Source: an uncultured euryarchaeote
GTDB taxonomy: Archaea; Thermoplasmatota; Poseidoniia; Poseidoniales; Poseidoniaceae
Length of the DNA stretch: 64,000 bases
Assembly (NCBI GenBank): GCA_937911345.1
Contig: CALDPP010000012.1
Coordinates: forward strand, 361-64,360
Direction: 5' to 3'
How positions within the stretch are numbered: the stretch's first letter is position 1; every line of letters starts with the position of its first letter. Below, one piece after another: positions 1 to 10,348 of the stretch. Both the position numbers and the translations under genes were made by a program. The notes under the pieces are model-generated. The model ran no database searches. It saw nothing but the letters and a program-made list of their open reading frames with translations, and was not told the origin of the DNA.

Positions 1-1
1 G

Positions 2-190
2 ATGATGCAAACCATCACTAATGGCGCTGCTGGTGTATATTGTTCAACTGGCTCTCAAGCAGCCAATGGCGTAACCAAAGAAAATGCTGCAGAAATACTG
101 CTTGCAGATTATGATGACTGGATGACTTGGAGTGGCCCTCCAGGAGTCATATCACTTAGTGCATCATCTGATGTACAACTAGTTTACTAA
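2..190 (+). CDS. 3' end of a hypothetical protein, probably truncated by the window edge
   Basis: Frame is open from position 2 to TAA at 190. No recognisable motif. Confidence 0.5.
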   Translation: MMQTITNGAAGVYCSTGSQAANGVTKENAAEILLADYDDWMTWSGPPGVISLSASSDVQLVY

Positions 191-232
191 AGCAAAGCGA
201 CGATTTATTGAGTGATTCACTTAGGGCCAATC

Positions 233-856
233 ATGGGCAAAAGACCTGCTACCGATGTATTTCACGACTGGGCATTAGTTGGCAAAGATGAGGGGATGGA
301 AAGAGGCCACGCTGCTTCAGTTAGTGAAATGCTATCATTTATCTCAAAGCAGGTAGAAGTTTCCGGCAAAGCATTCAGTGCGGTTGACGTTGGTTGTGGC
401 AATGGATGGGTTGTTCGTAAATTACAGTCTCATGACAAATGTGATTATGCTATGGGAATTGATGGTGCTGAAGCAATGATTGCTAAGGCGAAAACTATCG
501 ATGAAAAAACAGATTATATTCATGCCTTATTACCTGAATATCAACCTGATCGTAAATTCGATTTTGTTCATTCAATGGAGTTCTTGTATTACCTTAATGA
601 CCCGGAAAATATGCTAAAATTGTTCCATGATAATTGGCTGGAAGATGGCGGTTGGGCGGTGATTGGTATAGATCACTATGCTGAAAATGAAGACAGTTTA
701 TCCTGGCCAGAATATGTCGGAGTTCACATGGCAACGAGGACTACTAAAGAATGGGTAAAGGCATGGCAAGATGCTGGTTTCGTCAATATCAATCACTGGG
801 TTGCAGGAGGAGATAATGGCGTAACTCTAGTCATCACTGGACAAAGACAGGCTTAA
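233..856 (+). CDS. Class I SAM-dependent methyltransferase
   Basis: Motif I VDVGCGNG, GIDGAEAMI, FDFVHSMEFLYY. Start moved to ATG 233, which lies 21 nt after an AT-rich box. Confidence 0.85.
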   Translation: MGKRPATDVFHDWALVGKDEGMERGHAASVSEMLSFISKQVEVSGKAFSAVDVGCGNGWVVRKLQSHDKCDYAMGIDGAEAMIAKAKTIDEKTDYIHALLPEYQPDRKFDFVHSMEFLYYLNDPENMLKLFHDNWLEDGGWAVIGIDHYAENEDSLSWPEYVGVHMATRTTKEWVKAWQDAGFVNINHWVAGGDNGVTLVITGQRQA

Positions 857-3800
857 TCCTGTGGCTCAATTCCCGTGTTCCAGCAAACCATAGCATGCTC
901 CATAGTCATCCTATCTGGCTCATCGATACTCTGCGGATTTGCTGCTAATTGGCCAATCCAAACTAACTGCTCATCTAATTCATCCATTGTTTGCTGGTAA
1001 TGTTCCTTTGACATTTCAACCGTTCTACCAGACGCAGCAATCAAAATAGCAGGCGGTAGTACAGTTCTTCTTTCTTCGATTGGCTTTTCAGCCTCAATCG
1101 CTTCGAGTGCTTTAGAATACAATGTTAATTGATACTTATATTTGTCAATAATATCATGTTCCGCCTGATTTGATGGATGGAAATTGTGTAAATCACCATT
1201 AAATTGCTGTAATGCAGTACCATGTTTTGGATCGTCAAAATTAAACCCATACAAACAGCCTGTGGTCTTCATATCAACCACCTGCAAGTAACCATTTCCG
1301 GCATCGTCAGAATATGCCATCACTAAGTCTGCCCGGCCTTCAAAAATGATTTCTACATTTGCCACGTTAGAAATTTCTTGCAGAATATTGTTTCTAAACA
1401 CCTTTCTTGGAGAATTAACCTTCACTATGTGATTGTACAAAAATGGTAACTCGGTCCGCAGTCCTTCGGCTTTACGTCCGTGTAATTTCTCTCCTTTAGC
1501 ATATCTACCAGTCAGTCCTTGGTCAACTAGATTAGCAACACTTTGCATTCGTTCAAATGTTGCATTGAAACGCTTAGTATTGCCTTTATCCGATTTATTA
1601 AAACCAAATTCACCAAGAACTATTTCGATTGACTCATCTGATGTCAAATCATGTTCAGGTTTGTTAAACCAACTATTTGGCAATGGCTTCGTAGGTTTTG
1701 CGTTATATTTGCTAGGATTATCTAAACTAATTTCTACCAATCTGTGCATCATCAAACCAAATTCAACTGCAGTGGGTAAATTTCCTATTTTTTCTGGCAC
1801 TGATGAAGTCTTTTCCAGCAGTTTACTCAACCGATGATTATTCCAATTGGTCAAATTATTAGGCCAGTGATGCTTGCGACATTTCACACTGTTGTCCAAA
1901 GAATTAGCGCCCAATTTCAGGGTATGTGTTACGTTTTTGCTGATCTTTATGGTGCTCTGAGGTGAATTTTTTGCCGTTATTTTATCCTCTATGGCACTCC
2001 ATCTTTCAATTGGTGTAACCGGCTTAGCATCTGAAAAACAATCAGGATTGTGAAAAATTGCCATTGACCTAATATTATCCTCACCCAGTTGAGAATTGAA
2101 GTAGATCGTCACAGGATCTAAAGAAACATCATGCTCCTGATATTCACCTAATTCTTCAACACCAATATCACCAGGTTTGAGCCAAGGAGATTCTAATTGA
2201 TTCTGTTTGTGTGCACCTGCCCTCAAACCTTCCATCCACATATGCCCCATCGTTTTCTCAGATGGTTTGCTGGTGAATTGTATCATACCGGTTTCCGGAC
2301 AAATCTGGCCTTTATTTGTTGAATTTCCAACAATAATCAAATGATTTTCAACTCTTGTTAGTGCCACATAAAATTCCCTTCTACGCTCGGCTTGGTTTTG
2401 AGCACTGTTGATATTTTTTGTGAATTCCCACAAACCATCATCCGGACGTTCCAGAGATGCCCATGGATTTATCCTTCCAGAGATAATCTCCGGAGTCACT
2501 AGGACATTCTCTCTAGTCGTTATATTTGCATCATAACGTCCTGCTTGGAAAATTCCAGATACTACGACTACTTTTGATTCCAAGCCTTTAGCACCATGCA
2601 CTGTCATGATTTTTACTGCCCCTGATGATGGCGTTGCAGAAGCTTGTGGGCCTTTGTTTGCAAGACCACGTAATGCTTCTAATTGAGCGAATATTTCTGC
2701 AGGATTATGGCCGCAATCGTTTCCAATATCGTAGATTAAGTTGCACCATTGCTCAGCATTTTGTCTCGATGAGTCATCGGGATAAGCAAATAATAAATCT
2801 GAATTATCTAGAATATCGCTTACAATATCATGGATATTGTAACCAATGATTTGTTTGTCAATATGTTCCAGTAATCTAGCAACACTGGGATTTGGAACAA
2901 ATCCGGCAAGTGTCTTCCACCAGTTGTCTGATTGCTCATGAGTGGTCAAAAGTTGATTCAATTCTTTGTCTGTTAGGCCAATAATGGGAGATTTAGCGAC
3001 TGTAGCTGCGGCAAATTTTGAGCTTGGATTAGCAAGTAAATCTAGGGCTGACATCAAATTAACTACTATTGGTTGCTCAAGCAATTGCCCCTGTTTATCA
3101 GAAATAACCGGTATGCCTCTTGCTTGCAGTCGATTAATTAAATCAACAATATGAGTTCTTGAGTGAATTAGTATCGTAATATCGCTTGGTTTGACCGTTT
3201 CGGAGGGTTTCTCTAATGTCATGTATTCTTGTTTTGATGGATTCCAAATACTACAAGGCCTCCCTTGAATCAGGTTTTGTAATCTCAAAGCAATCATTTC
3301 ATGCTCTAAGTGGATCGATTTGGGGGTTGATTGGTTGAATACCTCGTTATCTGTTTGCGGGATGTTTTCAAGTGACATCGGCATTAACCACTCTAACTTT
3401 CCATATGGCGTATCTTTTTTGGCTGGCTGCAGAGGTTGAGCTTTTGCATGATAATCACCTGGTAAACTATGGTGTCTTTCGTCAAAAACATCTGCGAAAA
3501 TCTGATTCAAAGTGTTGAGTAAATCATGAGCGGTACGGAAATTGGAAGTAAGGTCTATGTGTCCTAAACGCCTTTTTTCAATTATGGTCTCATCTTCAAT
3601 CGTCTCATTTAAGTCCGTTTTATTCAATGGAACTGTATTGAATTCTCCTTTGTACACCGGCAAGTCACTAGATGATTTTGGCGATTTAATGAAAGCATCC
3701 TTGCCAGCAATTGGTCTTGGGTCTCGTCCAAAATTTAAATCTCTGAATTCAAAAGTAGTATTGTGGAATTCAATTTCATTCATCCGCTTAATATTTTCAA

Positions 3801-5691
3801 CCGTTCGGCGCATAACTGTGACTTCGGCCTGTCTAAAACGGTAAATACTCTGCTTCATATCGCCAACAATACAAACGGTTGGATCCCAAGGGCCATGAGA
3901 ATCTGAGGTTTCATTGATTCTTCTTGACCCCCATAGTCTAGAAAGTAATCTAAAGTGTGCTGGATTGGTATCTTGGTATTCATCGACTATGAATGCTAAA
4001 AATTGTTGTCGGATTGTCTTCAATACACCAACTCGTCGTTCGAAATCATCCCGCCATTGTGGATATTTATCGCTAATCAATTGCCTTGCTCGCTCTATGT
4101 GATAATCTGTCCAAGGCTCATTTCCAAGGTTATCCAAAGCATCTACTACGTCTACCGGGTAGTCGTAACGAACCATCTCTGGGCATCTTGCGAGTAGTAA
4201 GTCGGCAGCCAATCGTTGAATATCATCAAAGTCATGGACGTTCTCCTGCATTTTTCTTAAGGTTAGAATTTGTTGACAGCCTTTGTGAACAATCAACAAA
4301 TCTCGCAGCACAGAAAGTTGTAACTCCTTTGATACTCTGATGCGCCCTATTGGTGGCTCTGGCGTCAAAATTGCCGTCATCTCAGTATAATTCAAGCCAC
4401 TTGTTTCGGGTAAAAATGACAGCGGGATGCGGGGGTCAAATGTGTATGAGCTTCGTCCTAAAATTTTGGCTAACTTCCCATTATTGCTATTCAGAATATC
4501 ATTTGCCTGTTGAGCAAGCGGATTTGCTTGCCCGGTAATTAATGAAATTTCTTTCCGCGAAAGATTGACTTTGCTATTGGTTTGTATTCCACCTGGCCAT
4601 CCATCGCTCTTTGGTAATTTGTTGCGTGGGAAATGGTTGTGATTGGCTCCGTCAAGAGATGATTTAGATGTGCATGAAACAGCAACTAGCCAGAACCATT
4701 GTAATTTGCCAATGTTATCATCTGGATGGATATTTCTAGCTAATTCAACTAGTTGGTTGAAACGAGTTCTGTCACTATCAATTTCTTGTTCGAAGTCTAA
4801 AATAAACTCTCCGTGATGTGCTAAATAAGTATCCAACCAATTATTCAAGACACCGCGTAATTCTGTACAAAGGTTGTCAATAAAAGATTCAGCAGGTCTG
4901 CCAATCAAATCAAGAATTATCTCTGGATCTACTAATTCGGTCTCTCGCCAATCAATGCCCTTTTCCTCTGATTTTTGTTTAATTGATCGTTTGGTTTCTT
5001 CAACAAATAATGAGGTGTTAAGTAGCCCAGACAGTACTGTTTCGGCATTTTGTTGGCCACCCAATAAGATTGCGAGGTTGTTTCGCGCGTCGATGAAACC
5101 CTGTCGATCTCCGAGTACACCTGCCTCCATAGCATCATATTTTGTTCTAATACGCCATGCTGAATTAATTGTTTCAGAAATTAACATTGGAGATCTAGTT
5201 TCTGCAATCTGATCGCCAGCCGGCTGTGTGGTTAAGATATCAAGATATGGCGTAACTAATCGTGATAAAAATGCATCAATTGTTGAGATCGGGGCATCTT
5301 CTAGCCTACTCAAGAGCATTTCAACATCACCATCCGTTATTGAGTAGAGATTGATGTCCGTATTGTTGAGTCGCTTTCTAATCCTATTACGTAGCTCTGA
5401 TGCAGCCTTTCTGGTAAATGTGATGGCTACTACTTCGCTTGGCAACAGCCCTTTCCATTCGACCAGATTACTTCTTTCTCTAGCTGGTGCGCGTAGTGCA
5501 CCTTGGCCTTGTAATGGGACCCGTGGTCCGTTTGGCAGTAAGCGTTTTGCTCTTTGATGTTCAGCGAGTAAATGCTGTATATATCGTTCAGCCATAACTG
5601 CGGTTTTTCCTGTTCCAGCACCAGCATCAATCGCAATGTGCTTGTCCAGATCAAGCCCCAAACGCTGGCTAATGTTAAACGGGAAGCTCAT
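853..5691 (-). CDS. addA: AddA/RecB-like SF1A helicase-nuclease (UvrD domain plus C-terminal PD-(D/E)XK nuclease)
   Basis: Walker A AGAGTGKT, AITFTRKAA, STIDAF, VDEYQDTN, VGDMKQSIYRFRQA, MTVHGAKGLE, FYVALTR. Nuclease motifs GRADLV...VVDMKT...YQLTLY. Confidence 0.85.
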   Translation of the reverse strand: MSFPFNISQRLGLDLDKHIAIDAGAGTGKTAVMAERYIQHLLAEHQRAKRLLPNGPRVPLQGQGALRAPARERSNLVEWKGLLPSEVVAITFTRKAASELRNRIRKRLNNTDINLYSITDGDVEMLLSRLEDAPISTIDAFLSRLVTPYLDILTTQPAGDQIAETRSPMLISETINSAWRIRTKYDAMEAGVLGDRQGFIDARNNLAILLGGQQNAETVLSGLLNTSLFVEETKRSIKQKSEEKGIDWRETELVDPEIILDLIGRPAESFIDNLCTELRGVLNNWLDTYLAHHGEFILDFEQEIDSDRTRFNQLVELARNIHPDDNIGKLQWFWLVAVSCTSKSSLDGANHNHFPRNKLPKSDGWPGGIQTNSKVNLSRKEISLITGQANPLAQQANDILNSNNGKLAKILGRSSYTFDPRIPLSFLPETSGLNYTEMTAILTPEPPIGRIRVSKELQLSVLRDLLIVHKGCQQILTLRKMQENVHDFDDIQRLAADLLLARCPEMVRYDYPVDVVDALDNLGNEPWTDYHIERARQLISDKYPQWRDDFERRVGVLKTIRQQFLAFIVDEYQDTNPAHFRLLSRLWGSRRINETSDSHGPWDPTVCIVGDMKQSIYRFRQAEVTVMRRTVENIKRMNEIEFHNTTFEFRDLNFGRDPRPIAGKDAFIKSPKSSSDLPVYKGEFNTVPLNKTDLNETIEDETIIEKRRLGHIDLTSNFRTAHDLLNTLNQIFADVFDERHHSLPGDYHAKAQPLQPAKKDTPYGKLEWLMPMSLENIPQTDNEVFNQSTPKSIHLEHEMIALRLQNLIQGRPCSIWNPSKQEYMTLEKPSETVKPSDITILIHSRTHIVDLINRLQARGIPVISDKQGQLLEQPIVVNLMSALDLLANPSSKFAAATVAKSPIIGLTDKELNQLLTTHEQSDNWWKTLAGFVPNPSVARLLEHIDKQIIGYNIHDIVSDILDNSDLLFAYPDDSSRQNAEQWCNLIYDIGNDCGHNPAEIFAQLEALRGLANKGPQASATPSSGAVKIMTVHGAKGLESKVVVVSGIFQAGRYDANITTRENVLVTPEIISGRINPWASLERPDDGLWEFTKNINSAQNQAERRREFYVALTRVENHLIIVGNSTNKGQICPETGMIQFTSKPSEKTMGHMWMEGLRAGAHKQNQLESPWLKPGDIGVEELGEYQEHDVSLDPVTIYFNSQLGEDNIRSMAIFHNPDCFSDAKPVTPIERWSAIEDKITAKNSPQSTIKISKNVTHTLKLGANSLDNSVKCRKHHWPNNLTNWNNHRLSKLLEKTSSVPEKIGNLPTAVEFGLMMHRLVEISLDNPSKYNAKPTKPLPNSWFNKPEHDLTSDESIEIVLGEFGFNKSDKGNTKRFNATFERMQSVANLVDQGLTGRYAKGEKLHGRKAEGLRTELPFLYNHIVKVNSPRKVFRNNILQEISNVANVEIIFEGRADLVMAYSDDAGNGYLQVVDMKTTGCLYGFNFDDPKHGTALQQFNGDLHNFHPSNQAEHDIIDKYKYQLTLYSKALEAIEAEKPIEERRTVLPPAILIAASGRTVEMSKEHYQQTMDELDEQLVWIGQLAANPQSIDEPDRMTMEHAMVCWNTGIEPQD

Positions 5692-8600
5692 AACTTACCC
5701 CCCAATTTCGCTGAAGGACACAATCTTCTGACTTTACAATATTTACAATCATCACTTACAGTTGGGTTGACATGGCCTGACTTTGCACTGTCTGCGACGC
5801 GTAAAGCAGTTCTAATTCGCTCATCCAGCCATGCTCGAAAACCATTGCTTTCTCCCAATTTTTCTTCTTCTAAATCCCGATATGTTTTGGAGGTATAATC
5901 GGTTATTTTACCGATTGATAAATCTTCAACTAATTCAGCATAATCCGGGTCTACCTCAACATAATATTCAGTTGTCTCACCCACTTCGGTAATACCAACT
6001 CCAATGACTCGGTCATCGGGGTATGCTGATTCCCATGCTTTAGCGTACAAAGCCAGTTGAAGTTCATCGAAAATAGCCCTTCTATGTCTTTCTCCGCGAA
6101 GATTGCTTTTCGGGCCATTCACAGTTTTCATATCTCTGATTATAATTAAACGCTGATTGTTATCCAGTCCGTGAGCATATAATTGGTCCACTCTATCTAT
6201 TCTTCCAGCTAATTCAAAATTTGATTTCTCGCCAGAATCTGCGATTCCTGTTATTGTTACTTGACTCTTTGAATTTGATGAAATTGGCCACTCACAAACC
6301 AGTGGTGCTGAATTCGTTAATGCTAAACTTGCTGTGAGATAATTGGCAATTTTACCCATTGGTTGAAGGATAGTTTCTCCATCAAGATGTTCTTGCCACA
6401 CATCTGGAGTTACTCCAATTATTTCTCTGCAACGGTGAACAGATACGGCGTTTTTTCTTGATAGCCAAGGACTTTTATCTGCAAGATATTCTAGCGATTT
6501 TAACCATAAATCGTTGATATCATTGTATGTTGAATCAACTATTGGTACTGATGAAACAAGCGGTTTATCAAACACTGGGACTCCATTGAGAGCCATTATC
6601 TCTGCTTCAATATCGTGCATCAACAAACCGCGTGTTCGGTTATCGACATCTTGGTTTTGCACTTCAGTAGTCGTTATCTGTAAAAAATTGGTCAGCCAAG
6701 CCTGCCTTGGACACTTTAGCCATGCTTGAAGGCGGTAGGGAGACCATCGCTTAGGCAGCAATTCCATGGTTGTTTTACCCATAACCGCTTGTAATGATGG
6801 GGGCAAGTCATGCTGCAAAGGAAGTGGTCTTGGATCGATTGCTGGGCTTATCCTATTGCCGTTTATTCTGTGGCCGAGGTTAGGCCAAGAAGTTGTAAAG
6901 CGAGTGTCAGAATTTGCTGATGTAGCGCCAGGCCTTAGGTTAATTGCCGAATAAGAAACCATGCTATTACGTTCGTGCCAATTCATTGAATGGCCAGCCT
7001 CAATGCTCTTCATCGATGGTTGAGAATTAATTATTCGATTATTTATCGGCAATTCATAAGCAACTGCAACTGCAGGCTTGTTATTAGGTAACAACTCTGG
7101 TTTCTTTCCGGCCTGTAAGGCAAGACCCGAACGTTGGCGAACATCTCTACCCAGATTACCGGACTTAGTGCTGGTCGGGTGTTCACCATCATATTCGGTG
7201 CTAAATATTCTAAGTTTCAAAGCCTTCTTTGTTCCAGTTTCTAACAAATCCCACGCTCTTAAGGGATTATTATTGTCATAATTTCTTTCGCTGACAATGT
7301 CGGGAACCTCAGAAAAAATTGACTCATCCACATTCACTTCTTCAAGCCATTCTGCCAATGGTGGACTTGGGCTTGCAGCCTCATCCAATGAGGTGTCAAT
7401 CACAATTATCGATTGATTAGCGTTAATGATGTGTCTTAATTCATGCCGGCCTTGTCTGATTTTGATATCTGGGTTCGCCAATCCCAACTTAACCTTAGTA
7501 GAATTATCTAACCAAGGGACATTGTTTGGTTTCATTGACCATGATTCTGAATCTAAGCCTGCAATAATCACTACATCTGCCGATTGCCCAAAAGCGTCTT
7601 TTGGTGTAGCAATAACTATGTTTTCACAATTAATTCTGCTTGAAGACTTGGTCTCATTTGAGGTAATCAATTTCACAGTATCAATGAAGTCTATACTGCG
7701 ATGATCATTTTTTCCGCTGGGCAAGTTGAGTTGTTTAAGTTGAGTAATTAATGATTCAACAGCAAGAATTCCATTGTTAAAACGTACATCGTCTGCCATT
7801 ATTTGATGCCATTCTATGCTCTTGATTAGCAAGTCTAGTAATTCTTCGGGGGCAGAAATATGTTCAATCAAAGGTAACTTTTCGCCGCTGTAACATCCTA
7901 TAACAGAAGTCGTATCTATTCCGACGTCTGCAACTACTTTCCACAAATTAATGATGTTGGATATCCACCATTGTGTCTCTTCCTGTTTAATAGCCATAGT
8001 ATCGTCATAATCGCCGATTTGTTGATTGGTTTGTGAAAGTGTGTTCCACCATCTTTCTGCCGCTCCTGGGCCACCCAAGACATGGAAGCCGCGGGCTATT
8101 CCTTCCAACACATCGATATGCGGACGAGGCGTTATTGCCAAATTTGTGGGATGAGTTAGTTCAAAATTTAGTGTAATACTACTACTATTTGCCAAACGCC
8201 TTAATCTTTCGAAGGACCAAGCTTCAAGGCCACTAGCAAGTTGTAAATGATGAATTAATTCTTGGATTAAGGGCTCTTGATTAATCGTTTGCTCAGATTT
8301 CTTAGCATGAATTCCAAATTGTCTTAGCAAATCTCGCCATTTATGTTCCCTAGCCGACAAGTCTGCATCAATAATTAGAACCCTGTTATCTGGATTAATA
8401 TCTAAAGAATCAAGTAAAATTGAAGTTGCATTTAACGTATGGCTACTACGTTCAACAACAATTCTATGATATTTGGAATTCATACTCTTTGATACGCTTG
8501 ATTGCCACTGAGCATCGTAATCTGCCGGAACTACTTCGTGAGTCGGTACCCATGAAGGCAAATCAGCTTGATTACACCATTTGACATCTTCAAGATAAGC

Positions 8601-9308
8601 GCCACTATAGCCTAATCTAAACTTACCAGGATTACATAACTGATGAATTGGCACGAACTGTGATATTTTTGCGAATATTTGTCGTTCGATTTCACTGAAT
8701 TCAGGAGGGTGGTCAAGGATAATTATGCCATCAAGGTCTCGTAGGTTAAACGGTAGGGTTGCTTCTGTTACGTCTTTCAATAATCGGTTTAAGTGATATT
8801 GCATTAAGTCCGGGTGAGTCCCCGATAATGATTTTTCAACGGCAAAAAGCACATTCCTAAACTCGGTTATACCCGGATCTGATTCCCATCTAGGTATTTT
8901 TGGTAATTTAGCTATCTCTTTGTGTAACTGAAGTAATCTTTGAGTTTTACCAAGACCCCATTGTTTACCATTCATATGCAATAACGGGAATTTTCCTTTA
9001 GTTGCCCTTGTTACACATTCTCGATGTGTTTCGAATAGCAGAACGCTATCTTCATCGATGACATTTGGCTGCCGTAAATCAGTAAGTAATGCCCTAATCA
9101 ATCGCTTTATTGTTAGGTGTCTAGACGAATCGATAGATGAATTCATTTTAGATAATTGATTTAATTTGCTCTGGCGAGAGGACTCATTAGGGTACAAGAT
9201 TAGCAAATTTCTGTGTTCTACTTGGCAAATCACATCTTGTAGCCAAATTGGCATGATTGCTCCGCTAGGGGTTGATTCTATCGAAATATTATGTAACAAT
9301 TTAGCCAT
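5688..9308 (-). CDS. addB: AddB-like protein (degenerate helicase part, PD-(D/E)XK nuclease, Fe-S 'staple' cysteines)
   Basis: SPYRLQAWLKCPRQ, GRIDRVD, RDMKT, LQLALYA, CKYCKVRRLC. 4-bp overlap with addA. ATG 9308 follows a GGGGGT SD-like sequence. Confidence 0.8.
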   Translation of the reverse strand: MAKLLHNISIESTPSGAIMPIWLQDVICQVEHRNLLILYPNESSRQSKLNQLSKMNSSIDSSRHLTIKRLIRALLTDLRQPNVIDEDSVLLFETHRECVTRATKGKFPLLHMNGKQWGLGKTQRLLQLHKEIAKLPKIPRWESDPGITEFRNVLFAVEKSLSGTHPDLMQYHLNRLLKDVTEATLPFNLRDLDGIIILDHPPEFSEIERQIFAKISQFVPIHQLCNPGKFRLGYSGAYLEDVKWCNQADLPSWVPTHEVVPADYDAQWQSSVSKSMNSKYHRIVVERSSHTLNATSILLDSLDINPDNRVLIIDADLSAREHKWRDLLRQFGIHAKKSEQTINQEPLIQELIHHLQLASGLEAWSFERLRRLANSSSITLNFELTHPTNLAITPRPHIDVLEGIARGFHVLGGPGAAERWWNTLSQTNQQIGDYDDTMAIKQEETQWWISNIINLWKVVADVGIDTTSVIGCYSGEKLPLIEHISAPEELLDLLIKSIEWHQIMADDVRFNNGILAVESLITQLKQLNLPSGKNDHRSIDFIDTVKLITSNETKSSSRINCENIVIATPKDAFGQSADVVIIAGLDSESWSMKPNNVPWLDNSTKVKLGLANPDIKIRQGRHELRHIINANQSIIVIDTSLDEAASPSPPLAEWLEEVNVDESIFSEVPDIVSERNYDNNNPLRAWDLLETGTKKALKLRIFSTEYDGEHPTSTKSGNLGRDVRQRSGLALQAGKKPELLPNNKPAVAVAYELPINNRIINSQPSMKSIEAGHSMNWHERNSMVSYSAINLRPGATSANSDTRFTTSWPNLGHRINGNRISPAIDPRPLPLQHDLPPSLQAVMGKTTMELLPKRWSPYRLQAWLKCPRQAWLTNFLQITTTEVQNQDVDNRTRGLLMHDIEAEIMALNGVPVFDKPLVSSVPIVDSTYNDINDLWLKSLEYLADKSPWLSRKNAVSVHRCREIIGVTPDVWQEHLDGETILQPMGKIANYLTASLALTNSAPLVCEWPISSNSKSQVTITGIADSGEKSNFELAGRIDRVDQLYAHGLDNNQRLIIIRDMKTVNGPKSNLRGERHRRAIFDELQLALYAKAWESAYPDDRVIGVGITEVGETTEYYVEVDPDYAELVEDLSIGKITDYTSKTYRDLEEEKLGESNGFRAWLDERIRTALRVADSAKSGHVNPTVSDDCKYCKVRRLCPSAKLGGKL

Positions 9309-9441
9309 AATGAAACCCCCGTACGCACTACCAGAATAGCGATGGTTATTGAACACTATTCCTGAATTTACCAAATCCTCCCTAATTTTATGCCAATCAA
9401 AGAGTAGATGGTTTCAAATTATTCGATTCTATCGCCACATT

Positions 9442-10347
9442 ATGCGAAGAATCTCTGTATTCGGTGTTGTGTGTATGATTTTACTCATGGCTGTCCCCTC
9501 CACACATGCACTACCAGCGGAACCAACCAATAGAGGTGCGGTGTTTGGAGGGCAACATACACCGATTGCCAATTTAACATCAATATCTACGCCTATTGAC
9601 CAATTACCAGCTATTGCTGAAGACTTCACCGCAACATGGTGTACAAACTGCCTCAAGGCTGAAGCGGCACTTGATGAATTAGAAGGAGAGGGTTTAGTCC
9701 AGAAGTACGAATTTCATCGAGCACCTGACTTTGAAGACCCTCTAGGCGATGAAGCTGCTTCTACATACATAACTGAGCGCTATGATGTCGCATCGCCGCC
9801 ATTGATCGCATTCAACGGTACGATCAAGAAAATTGGCACAAAACCAGATTCTGATTCATTGGTTAATGATTACAGAGAGATGATTGCAACTCCACTGAAT
9901 ATGGGCAATGGAATCTCAACTTTTGCCTGGACCCCAAAAGCCGATTGTAACTGCGACATACCTGATAATTCAGGTATCATCTCATGGAATCTTGATCTGA
10001 ATATGTCAGATTACCCAGATAATACGCTTAATGTTCACGCTTGGTTTGTTGAACAAGTTGCAGAATACTCTGACGGTGGTAACGGTGCTGGGGAATATCA
10101 TGACATAGTCAGAAAAATGGTCGATTTAGGAACGAACCTAAATGGTACTGCGACTATCGAAATTCCAAGTGCATACGATGGTGATGACTTAGAAGTTCAC
10201 CTAGTATACGTAATGACTATTCCTGAACCAGAAGATGACTTACCAACCACAACCGAACCAGACAGTGATGATGCATTGCCAGGATTTGTGACAAGTTTGA
10301 CCGTTCTAGCCATTGCGGCAGCAGCGATGATTTCTCGTCGTGATTAA
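9442..10347 (+). CDS. Secreted thioredoxin-fold (Omp28-like) protein with PGF-CTERM sorting signal
   Basis: Signal peptide, EDFTATWCTNC (CxxC), C-terminal LPGF + TM helix + RRD. Confidence 0.75.
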   Translation: MRRISVFGVVCMILLMAVPSTHALPAEPTNRGAVFGGQHTPIANLTSISTPIDQLPAIAEDFTATWCTNCLKAEAALDELEGEGLVQKYEFHRAPDFEDPLGDEAASTYITERYDVASPPLIAFNGTIKKIGTKPDSDSLVNDYREMIATPLNMGNGISTFAWTPKADCNCDIPDNSGIISWNLDLNMSDYPDNTLNVHAWFVEQVAEYSDGGNGAGEYHDIVRKMVDLGTNLNGTATIEIPSAYDGDDLEVHLVYVMTIPEPEDDLPTTTEPDSDDALPGFVTSLTVLAIAAAAMISRRD

Positions 10348-10348
10348 G

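Noticed and set aside
5688-6760. Cas4-like Fe-S nuclease
   Set aside because: It is the C-terminal domain of a ~1200-aa protein coupled to AddA, so it is AddB-like.
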